IMG/VR virus record: IMGVR_UViG_3300037467_000723
Length of the DNA stretch: 64,000 nucleotides
DNA from: a virus
Strand: one strand, 5' to 3'
Made by a program: the position numbers and the translations under genes. How positions within the stretch are numbered: the stretch's first letter is position 1; each line of letters opens with the position of its first letter. Below the pieces are notes generated by a model. It worked only from the letters and a program-made list of their open reading frames with translations. It searched no databases and had not been told where the DNA came from. This document shows, piece after piece, positions 15,926 through 24,273 of the stretch.

Positions 15926-16894
15926 GTGATCATACGTTCTATCCGTATCGAATTAGACATACATGATTATCTCGAATCGAAAGGCCTACATAAAGTCCGG
16001 CCGGTTGGTGATAACGTAATGGCTTGCTGCCCGTTTCATGACGAACGAGCGCCAAGCTTCGGTGTAAACAGCGAGACCGGGGTTTACAATTGCTTCGGCT
16101 GCGGTGCTCGTGGGACTATCGGCCATCTGGTGAAAGTACTAGACCGATTCGACACGGTATTCGACGCAGAAACATTTTTGATTCATACCTATGGTCGTTA
16201 TGCTGTTGATCTAGACGATGAATTAACATTAGAATTTGGGGACGAGGCGAGACGTCAGGACTATTTCATCAGCACGGACGTCCTTGATGCTTACAAGTTT
16301 AGACATCCGTACTTAGATGGACGGGGTATTGAAGAATCGTGGCAGCGTTTCTTTGGTATTGGCTACTCGAAACAGCATCGAGCAATTACGATTCCTTGGT
16401 ATGACGAGGATAGTAGATTAATAACTGTAAAGTTTCGTAGTGTACTAGATAAGAAGTTTTGGTACGATCCACCATTGCCTCCTGGTCTAAAGGCAGAAAC
16501 GTTATGGGGCTTCAACAAGATACTGCGGCACGGCTTCACTAAGGTGGCACTTACTGAGGCTGAGATTGATGGCATATCCGTTTGGCAAGGCGGTGCTCCA
16601 CGAAAGATCGGAGCAGCTGGCATAGGAGGCAATCAATTTAACCGAGCACAAGCAGATAAGTTAATACGTAATTTACCGACCTACTCAGAAATCATCACCT
16701 TCACGGATAACGATAAGGGTGGGGAACACGCAAAGGAACTAATATCCGATTACTTATCGGGGAGATTTCGTCTGTCAGAAGTCGATTGGTCGTTAATTGA
16801 TCGAGAGGTCAAGGACGCTAACGATCTTACTAAAGAAGAAATCGGTTTGTTGCTGGACAATAGAAAGCCGATGGGCGTTAAATTATTCTTCTAA
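15926..16894 (+). CDS. DnaG-type DNA primase (zinc-finger plus TOPRIM, 322 aa)
   Basis: CHC2 zinc finger CCPFHDERAPSF...CFGCGARG; TOPRIM-like EAEIDGISVWQGG...DNDKGG. Confidence 0.7.
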   Translation: MIIRSIRIELDIHDYLESKGLHKVRPVGDNVMACCPFHDERAPSFGVNSETGVYNCFGCGARGTIGHLVKVLDRFDTVFDAETFLIHTYGRYAVDLDDELTLEFGDEARRQDYFISTDVLDAYKFRHPYLDGRGIEESWQRFFGIGYSKQHRAITIPWYDEDSRLITVKFRSVLDKKFWYDPPLPPGLKAETLWGFNKILRHGFTKVALTEAEIDGISVWQGGAPRKIGAAGIGGNQFNRAQADKLIRNLPTYSEIITFTDNDKGGEHAKELISDYLSGRFRLSEVDWSLIDREVKDANDLTKEEIGLLLDNRKPMGVKLFF

Positions 16895-16921
16895 CACAAT
16901 AGACAAAGGGGTCAGCTCAAA

Positions 16922-17587
16922 ATGACAAAACCATACACTGAAATGACAGACGAACGTTTAGTAACACTTGCACAGCAAGGGGATGATGATGCGTTCTCAA
17001 CCATCTTCCTACGCTACCAAAAAGGATTACAGGTTCAAGCTGAAAGGGCAGCAATACGGTTCCCATCGTTTTACGAGGATGAGTTCTTCGGATACTTCCA
17101 GGAACGATTCATTCAGATAGTACAGAAATTTGACGTCAACAGTGGCGTGTACTTCGCTAAGTACTGCAGCTTTAAATTCCCGAAACTAGCGCATGACTAC
17201 GTACGTAGACGGTTATTCCCAAGGAACCCGGATGGTACGCAAAGGGAATCAGCTAGGGATCGTCATAAGGTAATTCCAAGCGACTTAAGGCAGACTAAAA
17301 TGCCGGACAATCGCTATACGTTTGATTACCAGCAACCTATTGAGGATACGGAATTGTACGAGTATCTCTGCTCGATCAGTGATATCAACGCAAAGGTTAT
17401 TGCTCTGCTGGTACAAGGTTACACTCATCATGAGATTGCTCTGAAGATGGGAAGAACCGGCAATGCTGCGGCTTTACGAAATTGGACAGGCCGTGTTGTT
17501 CGAAAAATGAAGGAAGACACACTTGCGTTCTATAGTGAGAGCGACAGCCTCGGTGAGGTCAGTACTTACGCAAGAATGCTAGGGTAA
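16922..17587 (+). CDS. phage-encoded sigma-70-family (ECF-like) sigma factor (221 aa)
   Basis: region 2-like LVTLAQQGDDDAFSTIFLRYQKGL; region 4 helix-turn-helix HHEIALKMGRTGNAAALRNWTGRVVRKM. Confidence 0.6.
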   Translation: MTKPYTEMTDERLVTLAQQGDDDAFSTIFLRYQKGLQVQAERAAIRFPSFYEDEFFGYFQERFIQIVQKFDVNSGVYFAKYCSFKFPKLAHDYVRRRLFPRNPDGTQRESARDRHKVIPSDLRQTKMPDNRYTFDYQQPIEDTELYEYLCSISDINAKVIALLVQGYTHHEIALKMGRTGNAAALRNWTGRVVRKMKEDTLAFYSESDSLGEVSTYARMLG

Positions 17588-17625
17588 CATACATCACCAC
17601 AATCACTACACCAAACCATACACAT

Positions 17626-17660
17626 TCAGTCTCGGCCAATCGGTCGGGATTTTTTTTTTG
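17626..17660 (+). terminator. terminator (T10 run)
   Basis: GC-rich segment plus tttttttttt. Confidence 0.4.
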
Positions 17661-17667
17661 CCTTTTT

Positions 17668-17697
17668 CGTTACAAAACCGTAATTGGGCCGGACTGT
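17668..17697 (+). promoter_or_regulatory. phage-specific promoter-like motif, copy 3
   Basis: CGTTACAAA-accgtaatt-GGGCCGGACTGT. Confidence 0.6.
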
Positions 17698-17745
17698 TCT
17701 ATTGACAGTGGCCATAGAGGCAAATAAAAAACTAGGAGTGATGTA

Positions 17746-18351
17746 ATGAAGAAGCTAGTAGCGCCGATGTTAGCAGCTGGACTGTTAATGGCGGCATCTC
17801 CGGCATTTGCGTACAACGTGAGTCCTGGGGATACACTTAGCCAAATCGCTGTAAATGAACATATCACGTTAATCGACCTAATTAAATTAAATCCACAAAT
17901 TAAAGATCCGAACATGATCTTTCCAGGCGATGTGATAAAGACAACAGAAACACCGGATGTAGCGAATCCAACAACTACGGTGAATACTACCTATTCTGCC
18001 CGTGATCTTGACGTAATGTCTCGGATCATCGAGGCAGAGGCTGGGGGTGAGCCGTACAAAGGGAAAGTAGCAGTCGCAGAAGTGATTATGAATCGTGTTG
18101 CTTCACCGAAATTCCCGGACTCAGTCGAGGCAGTCGTTTATGCGCCTCACCAGTTCTCTCCGGTAGCAAACGGCATGATTAATAAGCCAGCTTCCGACGA
18201 TTCAATCCGTGCTGCCAAAGAAGTACTAAGCACATACCATGGTGATTCAAACGGAGCCATCTATTTCTTCAACCCAGGAGCAACATCCGACCACTGGATC
18301 CGTACTCGACAAGTTGTAGAAAGAATCGGAAATCATATTTTTTCAAAATAA
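17746..18351 (+). CDS. secreted LysM-domain cell-wall hydrolase (SleB/CwlJ Hydrolase_2-like, 201 aa)
   Basis: signal peptide MKKLVAPMLAAGLLMAASPAFA; LysM YNVSPGDTLSQIA...IFPGDVIK; C-terminal SRIIEAEAGGEPYKGKVAVAEVIMNRV. Confidence 0.6.
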   Translation: MKKLVAPMLAAGLLMAASPAFAYNVSPGDTLSQIAVNEHITLIDLIKLNPQIKDPNMIFPGDVIKTTETPDVANPTTTVNTTYSARDLDVMSRIIEAEAGGEPYKGKVAVAEVIMNRVASPKFPDSVEAVVYAPHQFSPVANGMINKPASDDSIRAAKEVLSTYHGDSNGAIYFFNPGATSDHWIRTRQVVERIGNHIFSK

Positions 18352-18354
18352 TGC

Positions 18355-18384
18355 GTTACAAACGCCTCTATGGGCCGGACTGTT
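18355..18384 (+). promoter_or_regulatory. phage-specific promoter-like motif, copy 4
   Basis: CGTTACAAA-cgcctctat-GGGCCGGACTGT. Confidence 0.6.
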
Positions 18385-18433
18385 ATAGTGTAGGGCGTCA
18401 AGCCCATCAAACGAAAATAATGGAGGTAAACGA

Positions 18434-19078
18434 ATGAGCGAAGAATTAAACGATCTACTATTAGCCGAGGGAGACGATGCGCGTAAAGAGGCCGAAAAGA
18501 AAAACTCTCGTAAAAAAGTAAACTATGTAAAGTTGAAAGATGGTGGCCAATTACGAGGATTTCTGTTAACGACTGATTTCAAAATGTATTTCCGTCACGG
18601 TGACTTCGAGAAGGGAATCAAATCCCACACTTGTAAGGATCCAAAAACCGGTAAGAACTGCTTGAGCTGCCAGCACGGAGTGAAGCGTACTAAGAGTACC
18701 TTGGTACCATTCTTCAACGTTGATACTCAACAAGTCGAAGTGTTCGATGCTAGTAACAAGGCGATGAAAGTGATCTATGCTTACACGGATCAATACGAAG
18801 AGGACAGCACAGTAACTGCTATTGCGTTAATTCGCTCCGGCGATGACACTGGTACCACTTACAGCCTAATGCCGATTCGCGTTAAGAAAGCAGAAGAAGC
18901 TTTGTTCACTGTTCCAGAAGGCGTTGTAATCGATGCTGAGTTCTATATGGGAGCACTTAATCCACCAGATGACGACTATGTTCGTAAGCTAATCGGATTA
19001 GAAGCTGCTGCAGACGAAAAAATCGAATCTATCCCGGATGGTCAAACAGACATCAAGGAAGACGATCTGCCGTTCTAA
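18434..19078 (+). CDS. putative single-stranded-DNA-binding protein (T4 gp32-like architecture, 214 aa)
   Basis: zinc-site-like H...C...C..C..H pattern; acidic C-terminal tail ending DDLPF (SSB-type tip). Confidence 0.4.
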   Translation: MSEELNDLLLAEGDDARKEAEKKNSRKKVNYVKLKDGGQLRGFLLTTDFKMYFRHGDFEKGIKSHTCKDPKTGKNCLSCQHGVKRTKSTLVPFFNVDTQQVEVFDASNKAMKVIYAYTDQYEEDSTVTAIALIRSGDDTGTTYSLMPIRVKKAEEALFTVPEGVVIDAEFYMGALNPPDDDYVRKLIGLEAAADEKIESIPDGQTDIKEDDLPF

Positions 19079-19218
19079 AAGGTAAATACGAATGGGAACC
19101 GAAGCCGATGATGGGGCGATGGCAGAGAGTTGACAGGCGGGTTAGGCTCTCACAATTTCGGTTCGCACTAAACCGTAAAAGTGCATTAAACGTTTTTGAC
19201 GATTAGGGGGATTATAAA

Positions 19219-19608
19219 ATGGATTTCGAACAATTTCAAGAAGAATCAGTAGCCGGTGAATTAGCAGCTTGTTACGTAACTTACTCCGTTACTTATGCAG
19301 TATTTGAAGGCGAGGAAATCGGTAAAGTTACTGTTACTGGTGAGCGTGATGAACTAGTAGACTTTGAATCTGCATTATCCGACGAAGCTACTGATCCAAT
19401 CGCTGATGAGCTAGAAGAGTTTCTTTCAGAGCAACACGATATTGACATCGAAGTTACTGAGTTCGAAGTAAAACACATCCTGGTTCGTACTGATAACGAA
19501 GATCTTACTAGTACTTATATCGCATTCACTCCAGATGGACGTACTCTTTCTTACCAGATTTCTGCCGAAGAAAACTTCGAAACATTTCTACAATCCTTAT
19601 TGAAGTAA
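19219..19608 (+). CDS. highly acidic hypothetical protein (129 aa)
   Basis: composition rich in D/E; between the SSB and polymerase genes. Confidence 0.5.
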   Translation: MDFEQFQEESVAGELAACYVTYSVTYAVFEGEEIGKVTVTGERDELVDFESALSDEATDPIADELEEFLSEQHDIDIEVTEFEVKHILVRTDNEDLTSTYIAFTPDGRTLSYQISAEENFETFLQSLLK

Positions 19609-19609
19609 T

Positions 19610-22024
19610 ATGAGCGATATTTTAGCGGATGTACTAGACGTTCTAGAAACGGCAGAGAAGAAAGAACGTAAGGCGACTAAACGTGCGACCAAGGCGGCAA
19701 AGGAAAAGAAAAAGCCTGAGACGCTCCAGGAAGCTTTTGACCGAATATTTACGACTAAACTGAAAGAAGACGAGAGGGCGATTGTTTTCGAAGTGAAACA
19801 GTTGCTAGAGACGAGCAGAGTTGAGCGTAGTGATAGTACTAAGAAACTATCGAAAAAAGAAGTCTTTGAGTTATGGGAACGGCACCGGTTAGCTAAACGT
19901 GAGGAGTTGAAACAGCACGTTATAGACACCAAACCAGCTAACTTCTGGGTCGTACAAGACATCATCACCCTCGGTAAGATCCGAGAGATGCTGCAGACCG
20001 AGCCTGAGACGGCATGGGACACTGAAACGACAGGACTAGACTTATTTAACGATAAGGTTGTCGGATACTCAGCGTACCTACCAAACCATGACATAGCCTT
20101 CTACGTTGCATTCGGCCACACTACGGGCCAGGCGCAAGTACCGGAGGATATTGCACTCAGCATGGCACGGTGGTACTTAAGTAATCCGAAAAACAAAACC
20201 ATTTGGCATAACTATGCTTACGATGGTCACCTGTTCCTAAACAGTAAAATTGTCGTTGCCAATCCGTTCTGGGACACATGTATCGTATCCAAGATCCTAA
20301 ACGAAAAGGAACCGAACCACAAGTTGAAGTCGTTGTACGATTTCTATGTACTTGGTAAAGAGGATAAATCTCCTCAGTTCGCTGATCTATTCGATGGAGC
20401 GACCATTTACGATAAGGATGTGGTATTGTCCGGGATCTATGCTGCTGGTGATGCCTATAAGACTTACAAACTATATAAATTCCAGAAGCCTCATATCGAC
20501 ACTAGGGATAACCTAAAGACGGTATGGTATAAAATCGAGCAGCCATTGATGGTTGTAGATTTGGCGATGGAGCGCACCGGATTCCGTATCGATTGGGAAA
20601 GAGTCGAACGGTTACGAGTGGAGCTGAAGCCACGCCTGGAAGAAGCCGAGAAGAACATCATTGCAGCCTTTAACATCGATGCGGCATTTCTTGAAGAGAT
20701 GTCTAGTGTTCTAGGGCGTACTGAAACGGAATTCAACGTAAACAGTCCCCAGCACTTAGCGTATTTAATATACGATCATCTAGGCGTAGATGAGAAAATC
20801 GGATTGAAATTCGGCAAAGCAGTTAGAACGACTGCTTCCGATGTAATCGATGCTCTGTGTGAGGATCACGAGTCGTTAGCGCCAATGTTGGAATATCGCA
20901 AACTAAGCAAGATCGTCTCTACTTATCTAGAGAAGATGCCGAAAGCGTTAGAACCAGCAACCGGACGTCTGCACTCGAAGTTCAACAACATGGCATCAGA
21001 AACGGGGAAGATGGCTGGTACCGAAACCGGCCGTTACTCCTCGAGTACTTACGTCAAAGGTAAGCACTCAAAAACGGGAGATGACGATAAGGGGACCAAT
21101 CTTCAAAATATTCCTAGTAAAGGATTCGGAGCAGAAGTTCGCTTGTGCTTCATACCAGATGAGGAATGGATACTGTTATCTGCCGATTTGTCCCAAATTG
21201 AGCCAAGGGTTATTGCGGCCATCTTAGCACAGTCCTATGACGACAGCTCGATGCTGCAGTTCTACCTGGATCAAAAAGATTTATATACGGAAATGGCAAT
21301 GTTCGCATTCGGATTCCCACGAGAGAATTGCGTTGATAAAGCGTACTCACCGGATGGTTCATTCCAACCAAGAAAGCTAATGAAGCAAGGCGTACTTTCG
21401 TATCTTTACGGATCCAGCGCCAAATCGTTCGCACGATCTATGAAGGTATCAGAGGAGATTGCGGCCAACTTCTTCGAGAAGATGATCCAAGCGTTCCCAG
21501 GCCTTGAGAGATTCCGTGCAGACGTAATCAATAAGTTGCTTAAACGTGGAAGTGTAGCCTATGCGGAAACTCTCTTTGGCCGTAAGCGTAGGTTCCCCGA
21601 TTACCGTAAGAATCATGCAGAGCTACAACGGTTGAACAAGATGAAGCCGTGGGAAATGAAAGCTGACCAAAAGGCTAGACGTAACAAGCTTTGGGGCCTA
21701 GTTGCTGGAGCTGAACGTGCTGCATTAAACATGATCGTTCAAGGATCAGCTGCTGACGTGCTCAAGCAAAACATGGTTAAGATGTATGACTTCGTAAAGG
21801 AAAACGGCTATAAGCTACACGCATCGATCCATGACGAATTAATCCCGTCAGTACCACTAAAGGCGCTGACACCGGAGCTGATCGAGAAGATCCGTTCTAT
21901 CATGTGTGATACCGTCGACCTCGGTGTTCCACTGAAAACAGACATTGCAATTATGCCGAGATGGTCAGAAGAGTACGGCCCATCAGAATGGGATTTCGAG
22001 AACCACTGTCCAATAGCGGCGTAA
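19610..22024 (+). CDS. family-A DNA polymerase with 3'-5' exonuclease domain (804 aa)
   Basis: Exo I AWDTETTGLD; motif A DLSQIEPRVIAAI; motif B RKLMKQGVLSYLYGSS; motif C IHDELI. Confidence 0.85.
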   Translation: MSDILADVLDVLETAEKKERKATKRATKAAKEKKKPETLQEAFDRIFTTKLKEDERAIVFEVKQLLETSRVERSDSTKKLSKKEVFELWERHRLAKREELKQHVIDTKPANFWVVQDIITLGKIREMLQTEPETAWDTETTGLDLFNDKVVGYSAYLPNHDIAFYVAFGHTTGQAQVPEDIALSMARWYLSNPKNKTIWHNYAYDGHLFLNSKIVVANPFWDTCIVSKILNEKEPNHKLKSLYDFYVLGKEDKSPQFADLFDGATIYDKDVVLSGIYAAGDAYKTYKLYKFQKPHIDTRDNLKTVWYKIEQPLMVVDLAMERTGFRIDWERVERLRVELKPRLEEAEKNIIAAFNIDAAFLEEMSSVLGRTETEFNVNSPQHLAYLIYDHLGVDEKIGLKFGKAVRTTASDVIDALCEDHESLAPMLEYRKLSKIVSTYLEKMPKALEPATGRLHSKFNNMASETGKMAGTETGRYSSSTYVKGKHSKTGDDDKGTNLQNIPSKGFGAEVRLCFIPDEEWILLSADLSQIEPRVIAAILAQSYDDSSMLQFYLDQKDLYTEMAMFAFGFPRENCVDKAYSPDGSFQPRKLMKQGVLSYLYGSSAKSFARSMKVSEEIAANFFEKMIQAFPGLERFRADVINKLLKRGSVAYAETLFGRKRRFPDYRKNHAELQRLNKMKPWEMKADQKARRNKLWGLVAGAERAALNMIVQGSAADVLKQNMVKMYDFVKENGYKLHASIHDELIPSVPLKALTPELIEKIRSIMCDTVDLGVPLKTDIAIMPRWSEEYGPSEWDFENHCPIAA

Positions 22025-22106
22025 CTACCAGGGCGTTCGTGCTGGTTTAGGAGTCAGCATGAGCGTCTTTTAACGTACACATTATGTATCTATAGGGGGA
22101 GTAACA

Positions 22107-22361
22107 ATGAAAAAGTCAGCATTAACAGTACACGAGAAAGCCGTAACCAGGATCCAAAGCCAAGCCGACAAGGCGTTGGGAACATTCAGAAAAACAGAGT
22201 TAGACATCATAGAAGCTAATGCGGAACTACACAGTGTAGTAACGGCTATCGATATTGAAATGGATAAATTGGCTGCTCTACGTATCAAGACGCAGAAACA
22301 GATCTCTGTGAATGATGCCGTATTGAAAAATATTTCAGCACTATTAGGAAAGGGGAATTGA
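22107..22361 (+). CDS. hypothetical coiled-coil protein (84 aa)
   Basis: ORF with ribosome-binding site gggggagtaacaATG. Confidence 0.45.
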   Translation: MKKSALTVHEKAVTRIQSQADKALGTFRKTELDIIEANAELHSVVTAIDIEMDKLAALRIKTQKQISVNDAVLKNISALLGKGN

Positions 22362-22362
22362 T

Positions 22363-22578
22363 TTGAAGAGAGATAACTCAGTCGAGGATTTCTTTGCAGT
22401 ATTGCAAGGTAAGAAAGACACGCAACAACAGGAGTTAGCGACTGCCGTTTCTACATTAGTAGGTTTATCACGTCAAGTATATCTACAAGCGATTAAAGAA
22501 GGCTTTACCGAAAAGGTAGCGGCACAAATGGCAATTGAGTTAGTGGTTGAAGTATTTAAAGGGGGCATCTCGCAATGA
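22363..22578 (+). CDS. hypothetical protein (71 aa, TTG start)
   Basis: ORF coupled to the upstream gene. Confidence 0.4.
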   Translation: MKRDNSVEDFFAVLQGKKDTQQQELATAVSTLVGLSRQVYLQAIKEGFTEKVAAQMAIELVVEVFKGGISQ

Positions 22579-23417
22579 GCGTAGATGTCTTTTTTGATGC
22601 AAAAGATGCTGCTAAGTACGCTGACGTCCCACCAAATAACACGGATCAGACGTTAGCACAAGAGTTTACGGAACAGGTCGAGGATTTCTACAGCTTACCA
22701 CGGAAAAAACGTCATCGCGAAGAGGTTGTTTTCAGCCCTAGTGGCGTTAATTCCTGTGCAAGGGAGCTGTATTACATCAACACGAATGCCGAGACTGATG
22801 TGACTCCGTTGGTTCCTTGGCGTGAACGGATGTCCAGGAATGGTACCGGAGCTCACGATGTAACCCAAGCAGACTATCTAAATATGGAAGAGAAATTACG
22901 TGCTGCTGGTAAGCCGGTTAAGTTTCGTTTCTTAGAAGCTGAGATTAACGGTGAGAAGTCCTATAAGGTTGGTGACGTAGTAGTCAAACTTCGAGGCCGG
23001 TCTGACGGTAAGATGGCGCTATTAGACTCGGAAGGTAACGAGGTTGCTATCATTGGTTACGAGAAAAAGACCAAGGACAAGCGGAAGAATCTGAACAAGA
23101 TCGTGAAAGCTGGTCAACCTCAACCTGAGCATCGGGCCCAAGCAACATCTTATTTCCTTATCTTCGGCATTAAAAATTGGATGTTCGAATACGAAGCTCT
23201 CCAGAAGCCGGAGTGGAAGGAAATTATCCCAGAAAAACCAGACCAAGCACATTTCTACGTTGAGGTATCAGAGGAAGAGGCACGGGCGTTGCTGATCCGT
23301 CTAGCTAAGATTGTACGTGCAATCGAGAAGGGCGAACTACCGGCACCTGAGTTAGAGAAGTGTGGGTTCTGTGTATTCAAAGGTCAATGCGCCAAGGACG
23401 GCGGCTACAAGGAATGA
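22575..23417 (+). CDS. Cas4/RecB-like PD-(D/E)XK exonuclease with Fe-S Cys cluster (280 aa)
   Basis: one N-terminal Cys (NSCAREL) plus three C-terminal Cys (CGFCVFKGQC); D...E.K core LLDSEGNEVAIIGYEKK. Confidence 0.5.
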   Translation: MSVDVFFDAKDAAKYADVPPNNTDQTLAQEFTEQVEDFYSLPRKKRHREEVVFSPSGVNSCARELYYINTNAETDVTPLVPWRERMSRNGTGAHDVTQADYLNMEEKLRAAGKPVKFRFLEAEINGEKSYKVGDVVVKLRGRSDGKMALLDSEGNEVAIIGYEKKTKDKRKNLNKIVKAGQPQPEHRAQATSYFLIFGIKNWMFEYEALQKPEWKEIIPEKPDQAHFYVEVSEEEARALLIRLAKIVRAIEKGELPAPELEKCGFCVFKGQCAKDGGYKE

Positions 23418-23466
23418 CGGTAACTTCGGTTGCCGTCTTTTTCGTTCCTGAGAGGAGGTGAACAGA

Positions 23467-23835
23467 TTGACAGAAGTTCGCCAATTCACTGTCCCAGGAC
23501 GACCACAAGCGAAGCAACGACCAAGGCTATATCGAGGTACAGCTTACACGCCCGAGGCAACTAAGAACTATGAACTGAAAATGCGTAATGCATACGTGGA
23601 CGCGTATGAAGATTGTGAGCCTTTTACCGGTGATTTGTACGTTGAAGTAAAGGTTTATTTCAACAAGAAAAATCACGGTGATCTCGATAACTACGTCAAA
23701 TGCGTTGATGGTTTAAATAAGGTCGCATGGCACGACGACAAGCAAATCAAGGAAATTCATGCCTATCTAATAATCGATAAGACAGAACCAGAACGGATGG
23801 AAATTTCAATTTCTCCGTTACAAAAGCCATTATAG
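23467..23835 (+). CDS. RusA-family Holliday-junction resolvase (about 122 aa, TTG start)
   Basis: TVPGRPQAKQRPR...GDLDNYVKCVDGLNKVAWHDDKQI conserved RusA acidic motifs. Confidence 0.6.
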   Translation: MTEVRQFTVPGRPQAKQRPRLYRGTAYTPEATKNYELKMRNAYVDAYEDCEPFTGDLYVEVKVYFNKKNHGDLDNYVKCVDGLNKVAWHDDKQIKEIHAYLIIDKTEPERMEISISPLQKPL

Positions 23836-23845
23836 GCCGGACTGT
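23816..23845 (+). promoter_or_regulatory. phage-specific promoter-like motif, copy 5 (variant aGGCCGGACTGT)
   Basis: CGTTACAAA-agccattat-AGGCCGGACTGT overlapping the RusA 3' end. Confidence 0.55.
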
Positions 23846-23863
23846 ATAGAAGGAGGTACTTTA

Positions 23864-24268
23864 ATGAACTCAGCGCAAGTCGGTAGCATCTCCGAAGCGG
23901 CCGTTGAGTGGGATCTTCTAGGGCGAGGTTTCAATGTCCTTAAGCCTTCCGTCACTACACGGTATGACCGTATGGTGGAGATGGCAAATAAAGAGGTAGT
24001 CCGTGTGCAAGTCAAAACAGCTAGGACCGATGTTAGAGACGGGAACTTACGGGTGTCTTACGATACCCCGTATGACCCGTCCGAGGTCGATATTATCGCA
24101 GTTTTTGATCCTAATACTCGAGACATCTATTATATCCCAATCAACGACATACCAGCTGGAGCTAAAGGTTTTACGTTACGTGTTACAAGGCGAGTGTATA
24201 ACCGGAGGAAATCAGCCGGACTAGATGCGTCACAATACAAAAAATACCCACCTAAGGAGGACAACTAA
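23864..24268 (+). CDS. putative PD-(D/E)XK-type nuclease (134 aa)
   Basis: D-x10-E-V-V-R-V-Q-V-K pattern (YDRMVEMANKEVVRVQVK); located just before nrdE, as free-standing endonucleases often are. Confidence 0.4.
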   Translation: MNSAQVGSISEAAVEWDLLGRGFNVLKPSVTTRYDRMVEMANKEVVRVQVKTARTDVRDGNLRVSYDTPYDPSEVDIIAVFDPNTRDIYYIPINDIPAGAKGFTLRVTRRVYNRRKSAGLDASQYKKYPPKEDN

Positions 24269-24273
24269 TCACA

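Noticed and set aside
19597-20094. 165-aa minus-strand ORF overlapping the start of the DNA polymerase gene
   Set aside because: It has Ser/Leu-rich low-complexity translation, antisense to a conserved polymerase.
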